Below, piece by piece: positions 38,371 through 51,380 of a stretch of DNA of 64,000 bases. A program made the position numbers and the translations under genes. The stretch is from contig OZ024743.1 in NCBI GenBank assembly GCA_964016885.1, positions 224,192,001 to 224,256,000 of the forward strand. The letters run 5' to 3'. This stretch comes from Eledone cirrhosa. Taxonomy: Eukaryota. Within the stretch, counting starts at the first letter, position 1, and every line of letters starts with the position of its first letter. The notes below the pieces were generated by a model. The model saw only the letters and a list, made by a program, of their open reading frames with translations. It was not told the origin of the DNA and did no database searches.

Positions 38371-39094
38371 CCTCCCCATTATGATATTTGTTCTCTTTCT
38401 TCTTAATCACCACCCATCCCAATCAATCCTAGCCTAACCAACGATACAGCAGGATAGTCCTAAGTCCTCTATTTTCCAATATGATTTAATAGTCTGTGTA
38501 TGTACACAAAAATTCTCTGAATGGTTAATATGACACATGCTTTGACTATTTTAGTAATGGTTCTTCATTCACCAGTATGGATAATTGATCATTAACAAAC
38601 CAGTTTCTCAATAACTGAAAGTAGATTTATAGCTGATCTGGCCTCTGGTATTTTTTTATTTTTTTCCTACTCAGCAAAAAAAAAAATTGGCAGGCTCCTA
38701 GTACCTATGTAGCTTCTATCTAGCTTTGTTGATAATATGGTCCTTCGCTTAAGCACTTCTATTTTTCTCAAGCTTCATGTAATCTAATTGTCTGTTTTGT
38801 ACTGGTATCTATGAAACCAAATACTCAAATAGATTCTTTAGTGCCACTTTAGTGCCACTTTAGTTTGTAGGGGCAGCATAACACAACTATTTCCACAATT
38901 ATAAGTTTTGGGATTTAACCCTCCCACTGTTACAAGCAGTCCAGGGAGCTGGGTGTTGAAGTGATCCTTATTCTTTTTTATAAATTTCTAAAAAAACAAC
39001 CTCATTGACCAACATTGCTTTCTTTTTTCAGATGTAAAAGAAAAGAAAACATAACTTATCCGTTGTATTCTAACTAAAAACAACATTTTTTAAA

Positions 39095-39168
39095 ATGGTT
39101 GAGGAATTTGTATCAAAAACATTACAGCTTCTTGAAGAAGAGCGAGAAGCAGAAATACAGGAAAACAG
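39095..39168 (+). CDS. IGHMBP2: IGHMBP2 (SMUBP-2 SF1 helicase) coding exon 1; the 16 exons join to 3018 nt, 1005 aa
   Basis: MVEEFVSKTLQLLEEEREAEIQEN resembles the vertebrate N-terminus; GT donor; all intron phases in the model are consistent. Confidence 0.88.
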
Positions 39169-39452
39169 GTATGTTTATTTTATAATACAAGGTTAAGTCC
39201 CCCCCTCCTTTTTTTATTTTTGTTTTTCAGATTGATTCATTAATTATTGATTTACATATAAACACAATTTATATAATGAATTTAATTTACAATAGAAATT
39301 AATCATTCATTTTTAATATCAATCTATGTTTTAATTTTGTTTTATTAAAGCTATTTTTAATTTATCAAAAAAAAATCTAGCATTTATTTATAAATTAGGC
39401 TTGGCATTGAATTTTAACTTGTTTCTTAAATTTTTTTTTTTGTTTTTTAAAG

Positions 39453-39613
39453 TTATATTTATGAGAAACTTCCTCCAAAACAATTAGAAAAAAAAGGTGT
39501 CTGTCTTCTGAAACTGCATCTTGCTAGCCAAGCATCTGGTTTGTATGGACGCATGATTGTTACACTTCAACCATGGATGAAGAAAGAATTACCATCTCAT
39601 TCATTTACTCCAG
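39453..39613 (+). CDS. IGHMBP2: IGHMBP2 exon 2
   Basis: KGVCLLKL..SGLYGR..LPSHSFTPG; AG/GT boundaries. Confidence 0.92.
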
Positions 39614-39809
39614 GTAAATATTTTACACTTTGAAAGTTCTATTCTCTCATATTGTAAAATATATTGGCAATATTTCTGAAACTCTGAAAAACATTTTAAG
39701 GACTTAGCTCCAATTTCATAGTATTAAATGGATGAGAGAAAAATCTATTGGATAAAATGCTTGTTTATCACAGGTAGCATTCCCAGATGACCAGTTATAT
39801 ATTAAAAAT

Positions 39810-39995
39810 AATTATTGTTTCTACTTTTGGCACAAGGCCAGCAATTATCCCAGTGCATTACTACTACTTTATTTTATCGACCCCGTAAGGATGAGAGGCA
39901 AAGTTAACCTCGGCGGGATTTGAACTCAAACCGTAAAGGGCTGTAACTCTATGTTACAAAGCATGGTGTCCAACTGTCTACCAATACTGCCAATC
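39810..39995 (-). mobile_element. SINE family B copy, followed by a SINE-interrupted CR1 3' fragment extending to ~40430
   Basis: Reverse complement of 4412-4605; CR1 3' sequence at 39997-40070 and 40180-40430. Confidence 0.75.
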
Positions 39996-40572
39996 AAATA
40001 ATGAAAATTATTGCATAGTGCTTAGGTGCACTGCAACTCATCAAAGGTGCATGTATAGTACATAGAATAATTGTTTCTACTTTCGGCACGAGGCCAGCAA
40101 TTACCCAGTACATTACTGGTACTTTATTTTATCGACCTCGTAAGGATGAAAGGCAAAGTTAACCTTGGCGGGATACAAAATTCAGGAAAGTGAATAGTGT
40201 ATGAGTCACGATATACACACAGACACACACACACAAGCATGCACGTGTGTGGAGGGGGAATATCAGGTGTAGTGTTAGCAAATTTCGGCAAGCATGGAAG
40301 TTTTGAAGGATGCAGTGTCCCGACAGCTAACAACTGATGCAAGTAGTTTGTTCCATGCTTCAGCAACTCTGAACGTGAAAAAATGTTTCTGAAAGTCATG
40401 GAGGCTGTACTCTTTTCTGATTTTGTAATGTTTTACTCATAGACACTATGCAATATCTGGTCTGGAAATTAAACCTATGACTTGTGTTTGTAAGCCCAGC
40501 ACCTTACACATTAAGCCAAACATCTTCAAACCAATAGTGAATAGATAATTGAATATATTTTAATTTTTGTAG

Positions 40573-40771
40573 GTGACATTGTTCAACTCAGTTTAAACCA
40601 GAAAAACGATGTGCAATCTGACAATATTGCTGTTGGTATTGTTTCAAAGACTACTTCTTCCAGTATTTCTGTAGCAGCTGATGAATACAATAATGTAGAT
40701 ACCTTGTCTTCCGATGCTCTTTATAAACTTCTCAAAATTGCCAATGATGTTACTTATAAGAGATTAAAATG
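40573..40771 (+). CDS. IGHMBP2: IGHMBP2 exon 3
   Basis: GDIV...YKLLKIANDVTYKRLK. Confidence 0.92.
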
Positions 40772-41686
40772 GTAAGTTCTTATTTTATTTTTTTAATTCT
40801 AATTAATTCCCACTAATCTTGTGTTTTACTCAATAAAAATGTTACTCTATATATTCATGTATAGCATATATACTCATGCAAAAGTTGCACCTCCTATTTA
40901 CATACAATATTTACAATGCACTATTTATTTTGAATTGAAGTTTTGTAGGCCCACTTGATAAGTTAGATTCAGTCTATCTATCCAATCCAATCTGATCCAT
41001 TTCAATTCAATTTGATCTAATTTGAGAGCATTGCTCACAACTAAAGAAAATTAAGATATTACAAGTCTTAGTGAAGCCAGTTTACATTCTGTCAACATGG
41101 AGTTTTAACCCTAAATATATTCTATATTTTATATAGAATTATACACACAGACACACACACAAGCGTGCATGTGTGTGGAGAGGGAATATCAGGTGTAGTG
41201 TTAGCGAATTTCGGGAAGCATGGAAGTTCTATATTTTATATAGAATTATACTACTCTATGGTCTTGCATTGATATTAAAATGATATTAATTGATATATTC
41301 ATTTAAAATCTGGTGACTGAAATTGAATGTGGAGGGAAGTAGAGGAAGGGGAAGACCAAGAAAGACTAAATTCAATGTAATATTTCATTAAGCTTATCAA
41401 ATGGGTCCATGACTGGTTTAAAATATTCTTCTTGTCAAAACAGATTAGTTAGGCAATGAACTAAAGTTGTTAGAGGAAGAAATGAAAGTCATTGGTGATG
41501 GAGGAGATGCAAGCGATAGGGCAAAATAAAGAAGCTTGTCAGGAGTCCTGCAATACTAATCCCTGGTTTAGCAGGAAAATGGCCTTAAAGCACAGGGCGT
41601 TGTGTTGTATTTAAAAATTTTTATATGGAATTATTTTAATGAATTTTTTAAAATCAAATTAATTAATTTGAGTTCAATTATTTCAG

Positions 41687-41784
41687 TGCTATGAAAGGAT
41701 TACATAAAGTGGAACATGGAAGGGCAAGCTCTTTACTGGATACTTTATTTAATCATAAATTCACTCCTTCAGAAAATTATCAAG
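41687..41784 (+). CDS. IGHMBP2: IGHMBP2 exon 4
   Basis: AMKGLHKVEHGRASSLLDTLF; phases fit. Confidence 0.85.
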
Positions 41785-42810
41785 GTACGTAAAATTGACA
41801 TTTTGGTTATCTGTCAATTTAACAGAGATCACACACTGTAGGTTGTTGTTTTTTTGTATGTTTTTGTGTACACATTGTTTGCACTGAATATACAGCTTTG
41901 TATGCACTGTCTACAAAATGGGCAGGATCACTTTTGTGTTTATTTTACCTTTTAAAATTTGGACTCTAAATTTTTTTTTATTATTTTTATTTTTTTAGTT
42001 GCAAAATTTTATCCAGTTGTATAAATAACATTACAAATAAAAAAAATAATAATATAATGCTTACAGAACGAAAACACAAACACATATATATACAAATATA
42101 AATGCAAAAAGCAAGATAAAACAAAGAGTGGTGGGGGGGCAATTCCAGGGTCGAACATTTTTCCACACCTGTTAGACTTTGAAAACCCAGTATTCATATA
42201 AATGTTCCTAGAGTAAACGAGTGCTGAACTCCTGAATCATTCCATGAAAAATTAACATGAAAAATAATTAGCTCCTCAGATTTTCTTTAACTTTAATAAA
42301 TATATCATCCCCTAGATTAAATAATTCCTGCTAAATTTCAGATTTCTAGGCTAATTTTGAGCTTTTGAGAAAATTTGGGTACTACAAGTTCCACAAAAAG
42401 AGTCATAACTTCTTGCATATTTGTTCTATTGACATATTTTTTTAATCATTGTCTGTTTTACATGTTACTTTAAATGTAAAGTGGTTGGCATTAAGAAGAG
42501 TATCCAGCTTTAGAAACCATGCTAAAAATGAATGAATCTGTCACCCAGTTTAACACCACTACTTGATACTTGAGTGCTTTTAGTAGAATCCACTCTGTTA
42601 TAAACATTCAGAACAGGTCTCTGGTTTGAGGATAACTTCCTATCACTGTCCCATAAGCCACAAAGGCTCTAGAAAAAGTCAGGACTAAATCACAAAAAAA
42701 TAGCTAAAAAAGTTTAGGAATGTAGGGTAGTGGAAAATAGTGTCATGAAATCTGTACCTCTCGTGTTACAATGGATTAACAGACTTCCATTATAAACATT
42801 TTTCTTTCAG

Positions 42811-42971
42811 ATTTCAGATTTTTCAACACAAATCTTGATGAATCTCAAAGGGAAGCAGTGAAATTTGTTATGAATCAGAAGAATCTTGCAATAATCCATG
42901 GACCACCTGGTACAGGAAAAACTACCACAGTTGTTGAGATTTTATTACAAGCTATCAAGCAAAAACAAAAG
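42811..42971 (+). CDS. IGHMBP2: IGHMBP2 exon 5 (Q motif, Walker A)
   Basis: [30 protein letters not shown]. Confidence 0.95.
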
Positions 42972-43685
42972 GTACATCTACTAAAACATTCCATTTATAG
43001 AATTTACTGAGAAAGACAGGTAATTCAAGATGTCAGATCTTAAATTTCTACATAGCTACATATGTGTTAGGAAGTAGCATGTTTCATGGGATTGATTCAA
43101 ATATATTTATTACGTTGACCAAATTTTTTCTAAACAAGATTTGAACTCAAAATGTATAGGTAAAAACTGAAAACCATTTAAAAAGAATAAATTGCTGATG
43201 TTAATTATGCATGGAAAGCAAAGTTAGTATTAACATACTTAATGCATTTAGTATAACAAATATTTTTTAAATCATCTTTTTACATCTGATTTCCATGCTG
43301 GCATGGGTTAGACAGGTCATCTCAGTCTTTACAATTTCTGTCTAACAAATTCCACTCACAAGGTGTTGGTCAACCTGAGGCCATGGTACAAAATGCTACA
43401 CAGTGAGATAGAACCTGGAATCATGGTTGCTTAATGAACATTTTAACTATGCAGCCAAACCTGTGCCCATGTTTATCATCATCATCATTTAACACCCACT
43501 TTTCCATGCTGGCATGGGTTAGGCAGTTTGTCACAAGTCTGTACTTAACTGAAGTTACTGACCTATCAGATGGGCCAGCAGTTGTTTCAACACTTTCCAG
43601 AGTACACTGGGTGTATTTTATCTCAGCCCTTTGTTTGACACTGTATGATGTTAAATATATTTATAACTTTTTTTCGTTTTTCTAG

Positions 43686-43886
43686 GTTCTTGTGTGTGCA
43701 CCATCTAATATTGCTGTGGATAATCTTGTAGACCGATTAGCCCTTCTGAAGCAAAATATTCTTCGTATTGGTCATCCAGCTCGTCAGTTACCACATCTAC
43801 AAAGGTACTGTTTAGATGCAATTCTCTCATCAAGTGATGGTGGAAAGCTAATCATGGATGTTAAAAAGGATTTGGATAAAGCTTAT
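43686..43886 (+). CDS. IGHMBP2: IGHMBP2 exon 6
   Basis: [23 protein letters not shown]. Confidence 0.95.
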
Positions 43887-44689
43887 GTAAGTTTGTAAGG
43901 TAGTTTGTATATAATCATCATCATTATCATCATTGTCATCATTTAACATCCACTTTCCCCACTACCAAGGGTTGGAAGGGTCTACAAAGACCAAGTCAGT
44001 ACTGAAGCAGGGCTATTGTGTATATATATCATCATTTAATGTCTGTCCACCCTGCTAGCAAGGGTTGGCCTTGTGTAAATCATACTGCTAATACTTATGA
44101 TGCCCCTTCCACTATCAACCCCTCCTCACTATCTATTCTCCCCCTCCCCATTTCACATCCCTGACTCCTCTTTTGTCCTACCCAAAGGTAGTTACACCTT
44201 CACTGTACTACTGACCATCTTTACTCACTCTTTCTCCCCCTCTCCCCAAGACTACTCTATGACCCAATACTTACTCTCCCTTACCCCATCTCCTTGCCCA
44301 ACCATGCCAACATGGAAAGTCAGGCACATTCCACGATACCACCACTTGCTTCCTTCCATGGGTTAGTAACCGGCAGCTTAAACCCTGCTTTTCTTCCCCC
44401 TTCATTCCCTATTACTGTTTTCCCAGTCCAGAAGGCATCCCTTCACATGTGCACAGGTTGAAGCAAATATCTAGAGGACATTAGTATGCACCGAATCTTC
44501 TCTTCCCTGTCCCTACACCTTCCACATCTAAAATTCCAACCCTGCCCCTTCATCAGTTAAGTACCCTACATTAAACTTCTCCAATCCTCGTCCTGCATAC
44601 ACCCAACACACCCTCCCCCAACCTCCACCTTCCACGTCTGATGCACCTCTCTTGTCCATCTCATGCATAGAAGCATGGAAAACTTGACA

Positions 44690-45170
44690 TGCTCTTCCAT
44701 AATGCTGCTGAAATGGCTAAAAGCACTTAGTTCAACCTGTAAGGTAGTCATGCTGATGACACAATAAAAGCTCCTAGTCTACCATGTAAGGTGCCTGTGC
44801 TGGTGACAACTAAAGAGAACCTAGTTCACCCTATAAGCTGGTCATGCTGGTGACGACAAAAAGCATCCAGTCCACCCTGTAAAGTAGTTGTGTTGGTAAC
44901 ATGAAAAAAACCACCCAGCCCACTCAGTAAGGTGGTCATGTTAATGACACAATGAAAAAGTACCCAGTCCAACCTGTCAGTTGATCATTTTGGTGCACCC
45001 AGTTCACACTGTAAATTTGGTTGCCATTAGGAAGGGGCGTCTAGCTGTAGAAACCTAGCCAGAAACAGTTCTGTATGAGCATGACATGGTCTCCTGATCT
45101 GACTTGTCTCACACAAAACAACTAACACATGCTAGCATGGAAAATAGACGTTAAACGGCAATGATGATGT
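44690..45170 (+). repeat. Degenerate ~45-50 bp tandem array running into a SINE/RTE-type 3' end
   Basis: Recurring AAAAGCACCCAGTCCACCCTGTAAAGTGGTCATGCTGGTGAC-like units. Confidence 0.65.
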
Positions 45171-45374
45171 ATATAAAAGCATTTTTTTCCCTCCTTCTCC
45201 AAAACATCCTTCTTGCTGATGAAGGACTAGTATCTGAAATATTAAGACTCTTTACTTCTCATAAGCATTATACTATCGCACCATTATTGTATTGATTTGT
45301 TCTCTGGTACTGGTTCTTTTCTTTGTTTTTGTCTTATTTTAATATATATAATTATATACATTTTTTTTTTTTAG

Positions 45375-45599
45375 AATCAAATGCTGAAATCAAATAAAAC
45401 TGGTGAAAAACATAAATATAGAGAAGAGGTAAAAGTTTTACGAAAAGAACTTTATCATAGGACATTGCTGGGTAGCAAGGAAGTCCTAAAGAATGCTGAT
45501 ATTATTTTTTCCACCTTAACCAGTGCATCTGATGATGGGCCCCTTAAAGACTTGAAAAATGATTATTTTGACATGGTTGTCATTGATGAATGTTCACAG
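45375..45599 (+). CDS. IGHMBP2: IGHMBP2 exon 7 (Walker B)
   Basis: LRKEL..ADIIFSTLTSA..FDMVVIDECSQ. Confidence 0.95.
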
Positions 45600-46172
45600 G
45601 TAATATTTTTTATTAATTATTAAACACTGTTTTATATTTACCATGTAAATGTTTAATATAATATCCAGATTTTTATATAAGTACTTTTGTATTTGACTTT
45701 TATTTAAAAAAAGTAATCCATGTCTTTGGAGTAATATTACTCAGTAGAGTGTGTAGCTCGGAGATCAGAGAATCACTCCAGGTAGAGCCCTATTTCTCTG
45801 AATTAAGAGATTACAGCTCCGATATCATGGGCGTGTGGTTAGAATGTCTCAGGAAAGAATCGCTGGACAGATTTTACGGGCAAAACCAACCGGTAGAAGA
45901 CCCAGGGGTAGACCCTGAGCAAGATGGTTGGATAACATCCATGAGCTTGGCTGGTCTTGCTTGGGAATCCAGCTGGATCAGTTGGAGACGGTTTCTTCTG
46001 ACAGGACCTGCTAGGAGTGTTTGAGGACTCTGCCTTCATGACCCTTTCAGGAATAAGTGGGCAAAGAAGAAGAAAATGTCTTTGCATGTTGTACGAAGTG
46101 CCAGAAAGGGCATCTAAGCTTTAAATATTTTAAATAAATTAATTTAATTCATTTTTAAAATTTTTGTTTAAG

Positions 46173-46270
46173 GCAACTGAAGCTGCGTGTTGGATACCAA
46201 TTCCTCGAGCTCCTAAATGTGTTTTGGTTGGGGATCACTGCCAGCTTCCACCTACTATTATATCAAAGGA
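46173..46270 (+). CDS. IGHMBP2: IGHMBP2 exon 8
   Basis: ATEAACWIP..LVGDHCQLPPTIIS. Confidence 0.95.
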
Positions 46271-46849
46271 GTATGTATTTTCAAATTTGTATTTTAATTT
46301 TTTCATGTAAGATAATGTATTTTTATAGAGTAGCTTTCCATTATTGTAAACTTTATTTTATGTATCTAAATATCTAAGAACTGGTTCCTGCTTTGGATAT
46401 ACATAAATCAAGTGTTCCAGAATATGGCAATCCAACTTCATAAATAAACAGCTATCTATAGTGTATATTCTGTATGTAACATGTGGTAAATAAATATATA
46501 CATATACACCAGGTCTGAACACAAAGGAACCAAACTCTCACTGCCTCTGTCTCTCCCATTCTCCCCATCTCTCACTATTATGAGCAAATGGGGGCCCACA
46601 CGCTGGCTGCCCCATGGCCCCAGCAAACAGAATAAAGAAGGCGTTTCACTGGAAGATGGTGAGGAGGATGCGCTGGAAAAGCCATTTAATTCAATTTGTA
46701 AACATTCAGTATATGTTCTTAGCATTTACCAATATAACAAAGAAGTTGTATGAGATTATGTGCTAACTGGCAAGACAGCGTTGTAAAGTATTAGGCTTCA
46801 TTCTGGTCTTTGGTTTTATCTTGCTAATTTTTTTCTTCTGTATTTGAAG

Positions 46850-47032
46850 GGCTGCTAGTGCAGGTCTAGAGGTAACACTGATGGAAAGAATGTTAAAAGA
46901 ATATGGAAATAAAGTAAAGAAAATGTTAACTACTCAGTATCGAATGCATCAGAATATTATGGAATGGTCCTCAGAACAGCTGTATGACAATGAACTGATT
47001 GCAGATTCATCTGTTAAAAATCATCTTCTGAC
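46850..47032 (+). CDS. IGHMBP2: IGHMBP2 exon 9
   Basis: GLEVTLMER..LTTQYRMHQNIMEWSS. Confidence 0.95.
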
Positions 47033-47218
47033 GTAAGAATTTATGACATTATTTGAAGAATATCTATTCCTATAACAAATATCTGGTAATCTTTATATCA
47101 TAAAATCACTGTCAACATATTAATCAAATTAAAATTTCTTTTAACCCTTTTGATATCAAACTTCCCCTGGTTTTTTTATACAAAACTGTTTATTCTAATG
47201 TGTTAATATTTATCTATT

Positions 47219-47538
47219 GAAGGTGCATGGCTTGGGGTGGCAATTGAGAGGTTGTGTGTTCGATTCTCAGACCTGGTGGTGTGTTGTGTCTTTGAGCAAG
47301 ACACTTTATTTCACATTGCTCTAGTTTACTCAGCTGTAGGAATGAGTTGCAATGTCACTAGTGCCAAGCTGTATCGGCCATTGCCTTTCCCTTGGACAAC
47401 ATCGGTGGCACGAAGAGAGGAGACTGGTATGCATAGGTGACTGCTGGTCTTCCACAAACAAACCTTGCCCAGTCTTGTGCCTCGGAGGGAAACTTTCTAG
47501 GTGCAAAACCATGGTCATTTGTGACCAAAGGGGGTCTT
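47219..47538 (+). mobile_element. SINE with a family-A-like head and a different body
   Basis: Shares TTGAGCAAGACACTTTATTTCACATTGCT with family A; related element at ~48990-49280. Confidence 0.6.
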
Positions 47539-47774
47539 ATATATATATTTATCTAAAATACCTCCCATCATAACTCTATATAAGAACCTTTGTTAAATTC
47601 CAAACACCAGTTTAATTATGAAAAAGTTAGTTATATTACTAAATCCCTCAAATTCTTGATTATTTTCAAAATTATTTTATAATGATAGGTACTATCTTCC
47701 ATTAAAAATAGAGCAATGAAAGTGTTCAGAGAGTTTTTACAGTTTATATGAATGAATTTAAATTATATTAATTA

Positions 47775-47965
47775 TGGTGGATTGGCAGTATCGGTAGAGG
47801 GTCGGACGCCATGCTTTGAAGCACAGAGTTACGGCCCTTTATTGTCTGAGTTCAAATCCCGCCGAGGTTAACTTTGCCTTTCATCCTTACGGCGTCAATA
47901 AAATAAAGTACCAGTAATACACTGGGATAATTGCTGGCCTTGTGTCAAAAGTAGAAACAATTAAT
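47775..47965 (+). mobile_element. SINE family B copy
   Basis: Matches 4412-4605. Confidence 0.8.
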
Positions 47966-48139
47966 TATAATACATCATACTTTTGGTAGGAAACCTAATG
48001 GCTAAGATAAAATGATTCTCTAAAAATCAGATCTGTAATTCTTAACTTAGAACAAATTCAAAAGATTTATATCATCATCATCATCATCATCACACGTCCG
48101 TTCTTCCATGCTAACATGGGTTATTTTTATCATTAGATA

Positions 48140-48486
48140 AAGGCACATGGCTTAGTGGTTAGAGCATTGGCCTTGCAATCGAAAGGTTGTGAGTTCAATT
48201 CTCAGACCGGGTGGTGTGTTGTTTCCTTGAGCAAGACACTTTATTTCACATTGCTCCAGTTTACTCAGCTGTAGAAATGAGATGATAGGGACTGAGGTCC
48301 TTATCATTCCACTGCAAAGTGGTCGTGTAGGTGCCACGGCAAAATAAGCACCCAGCACTCACTGTAAATGAGGTTGGTGTTAGGAAGGGCATCCAGCTGT
48401 AGAAATCAAGCCAGAATCAGTTCCCGTCCCACCCTTGCAAGCAGGGAAAAGTGGACGTAAAAATGAAATGATAATGATGATGATGA
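48140..48486 (+). mobile_element. SINE family A copy
   Basis: Near-identical to 385-708. Confidence 0.85.
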
Positions 48487-49664
48487 TTAGGATATTGAAC
48501 GCTCAGATTCTAAATCTAGATTACAGTCCTAGGATATCTCAAAAATATTTATTTTAGAGATGATGGTTAAATATAACTGTCCATTTTTTTAATGATCACT
48601 GACTTTTATTGGAGATAAAACTGAGCTCCTTTTTTATTTTTGATATTTATTCTATTTTATTAACTACAGTAAATAAAAGACTGAATCAATTGGAAAACCC
48701 TCCAGAAAATTGTGATCTGTTTTTAGCTCCCAGATTCTATCAGTTTTAGCTGCCTGAGTTCCATCTATGAAGGAAATTATTTATTGATATATCCTAATTT
48801 TATAAAAGTGTGAGACTAGTAAGCTAACTACATCACAAAATAGTTACATGTAAATATATATTAGTCAAATGGAGGTTAATGGAAATTATGTAAGTTAAGG
48901 TGTAATGTAGTTTCTGATGTTTAACAATAAAATCCTTAGTTACAAAGTATCTGTTTCTGTGATATGACAAAAAATAATTTTAGACACTGAAGGGATATGG
49001 TTTAGTGGTTAAGGAGTTTGGCCCACGATCGTAAGGTTGTGAGATTGGTTCTTGGTGGTGTACTGCGTCCTTGAGCAAGACTCTTTATTTCATGTTGCTC
49101 CTAACCACTCAGCTGGAAAAAATGAGTTGTGTCTGTGATTCAAAAGGCCAGCCTTGTCACACACTGTGTCACACTGAATCTCCCTGTAAATTATGTTAAA
49201 GGAATGCATCTCTATACAATACTTGTACATTAATTTCATGAGAAGGTTGTTCTATTGATCAAACAACTGAAACATTTGTCAGAACTGATGGAGGTCCAAC
49301 ACTCACACAATTTTACACATTTTTACGCTAGAATAAATAGGTTCTTGTCATGTCCACAAGAGTATCAGTTACAAAGCTGGACTAGATGTTCTGCCACAGC
49401 TGAACACATTGCTGTCCTTTCTCATTAAATTCTGCCAAGTCCAATGCTGTGCAGGGGTGTTCCAGCAGGGGGCATATCAGGAGGTGCTACGTAGTCTGTG
49501 GTTCAATGCTTCAGTCACACACAACATCCCCATACTTTAAATGACTAGAGCAATAATTCATTATAAGTTTACAAAATTGATTTTTTTCCTCATAGATTTA
49601 ATAATTTAAGCTTAACTTTGTTAAAAAAATTTCAGCATTTAAAAGTTTTCAATAATTTTCTCAG

Positions 49665-49783
49665 GGATCTGAAAGGAATAGAAGAAAATGAACTAACTAC
49701 TGAGCCATTAATATTGGTTGACACAGCCGGCTGTAATCTTCATGAATTGGATGTTCCAGAAGAAATATCAAAGGGCAATGAAG
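49665..49783 (+). CDS. IGHMBP2: IGHMBP2 exon 10
   Basis: DLKGIEE..PLILVDTAGC..SKGNEG. Confidence 0.93.
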
Positions 49784-50428
49784 GTTTGTAGAATTTCCTT
49801 TTGATGCATATACAGTTGAAAAGACAGAAAGAAATAATCTTGTTGAGAAATTCCAACTTATATGAAAGCACTGAGACATTGCATTTGTATATTGTAAATG
49901 ATAGTGATGATGATGATAAATAATGATTAAAACTATAAATCTAGATATAAATTTGAGTGACTTCCATCCGTCACACAGGCAGGGGATGGTGAAAAAGCTA
50001 TAGTAAAACTGCAGCTGGCATTCCATTTACTATGCTTGTGTGAATGTATATGTATTTGTGTGAACCTATGTCTGTGAGTGTGTATTTTTGTAAGTGTGTC
50101 TGTATTTGTGCGTTTATATTTATAAACTCATACATATAAATATATGCACAGACACATATGCATCAGCGTGTTGAAAAAATTCTAGTTCTATATAAATTAG
50201 GTAAGTCATCAAAAAATTATTCTAACCATTGGTTGGTCATATTTACATATACAGACAAGTAAAGTATGTTGGAAAAAGTCAGAAAGTTACATTGTGCAAG
50301 AGATTTATGGTTAATATCTACTTAGAGAGTTTTGTAATATTATATCTTTACAGTTATGTCTCTCTATTACTCTGCAAAAATTACATATTTATTCATGCTA
50401 TATTTTACAATTATTTTTCTCTCTAAAG

Positions 50429-50523
50429 GTGAAGCTGAAATTGTTAATTATCAAGTACGGAAGCTTGTGTCAAGTGGTCTTTCAGTTGAAGATATTGCAG
50501 TTATTGCACCATACAACCTTCAG
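50429..50523 (+). CDS. IGHMBP2: IGHMBP2 exon 11
   Basis: GEAEIV..DIAVIAPYNLQ. Confidence 0.95.
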
Positions 50524-50786
50524 GTATTGTTTATAGGCTTACATTTGTGTATTAAAGTGTTGATTTTTATTTTACTTTTTTATACTATTTGTATTTCTTA
50601 TTACTATTATATCCTTAAGGGCAATGGATTGCCAGAATAGTTAGAGCGTTGAATAAAATGCTTTGTGGCATTTAGTTATGGCCCTCTCACCCTTTGGGCA
50701 GTGGGGCAGGGTTTCCTACAGCTGGATATCATTCCTATCACCAACTACTTTACAGAGTGTACTTTGTGTGTTTATATATATTCTAG

Positions 50787-50910
50787 GTTGAGTTACTACG
50801 GTTGAAAATGAGTTCAGATTTTCCCAAATTGGAAATCAAGTCAGTTGATGGTTTCCAAGGCCGAGAGAAAGAAGCTGTTGTTATTTCTATGGTCAGATCA
50901 AATAACAAAG
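50787..50910 (+). CDS. IGHMBP2: IGHMBP2 exon 12
   Basis: [25 protein letters not shown]. Confidence 0.95.
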
Positions 50911-51145
50911 GTGAGCAAACTTTTCATATTCTCTGCTACCATCTTCTAATGAAACAGAGTAATAAATTTGATTTTATTAATTATTCATTCTGAAGCATAT
51001 GACATCGAAAGTTACTGTTACTAAACAACAAAAGATCTTCTGTGTAGTTGTCCAAACTGTTAGCAGTCAAATCATTCTCATATCACACCTTACTATCTGA
51101 AAAATGAGGAGTATATAAATATAATATGCAGTACATTCTGTAAAA

Positions 51146-51380
51146 TGGTAGTGCTGGCACCATGATAAACTTTACCCAGTACACTCTCTAGAGTGGTAGC
51201 GCTAGCACCATGATAAACTCTACCCAGTACACTCTCTAGAGTGGTAGCGCTAGCACCATGATAAACTTTACCCAGTACACTCTCTAGAGTGGTAGTGCTG
51301 GCACCATGATAAACTTTACCCAGTACACTCTCTAGAGTGGTAGCGCTAGCACCATGATAAACTCTACCCAGTACACTCTC
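51146..51380. repeat. 48-bp minisatellite, ~5 copies
   Basis: Unit TGGTAGCGCTAGCACCATGATAAACTCTACCCAGTACACTCTCTAGAG. Confidence 0.92.
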
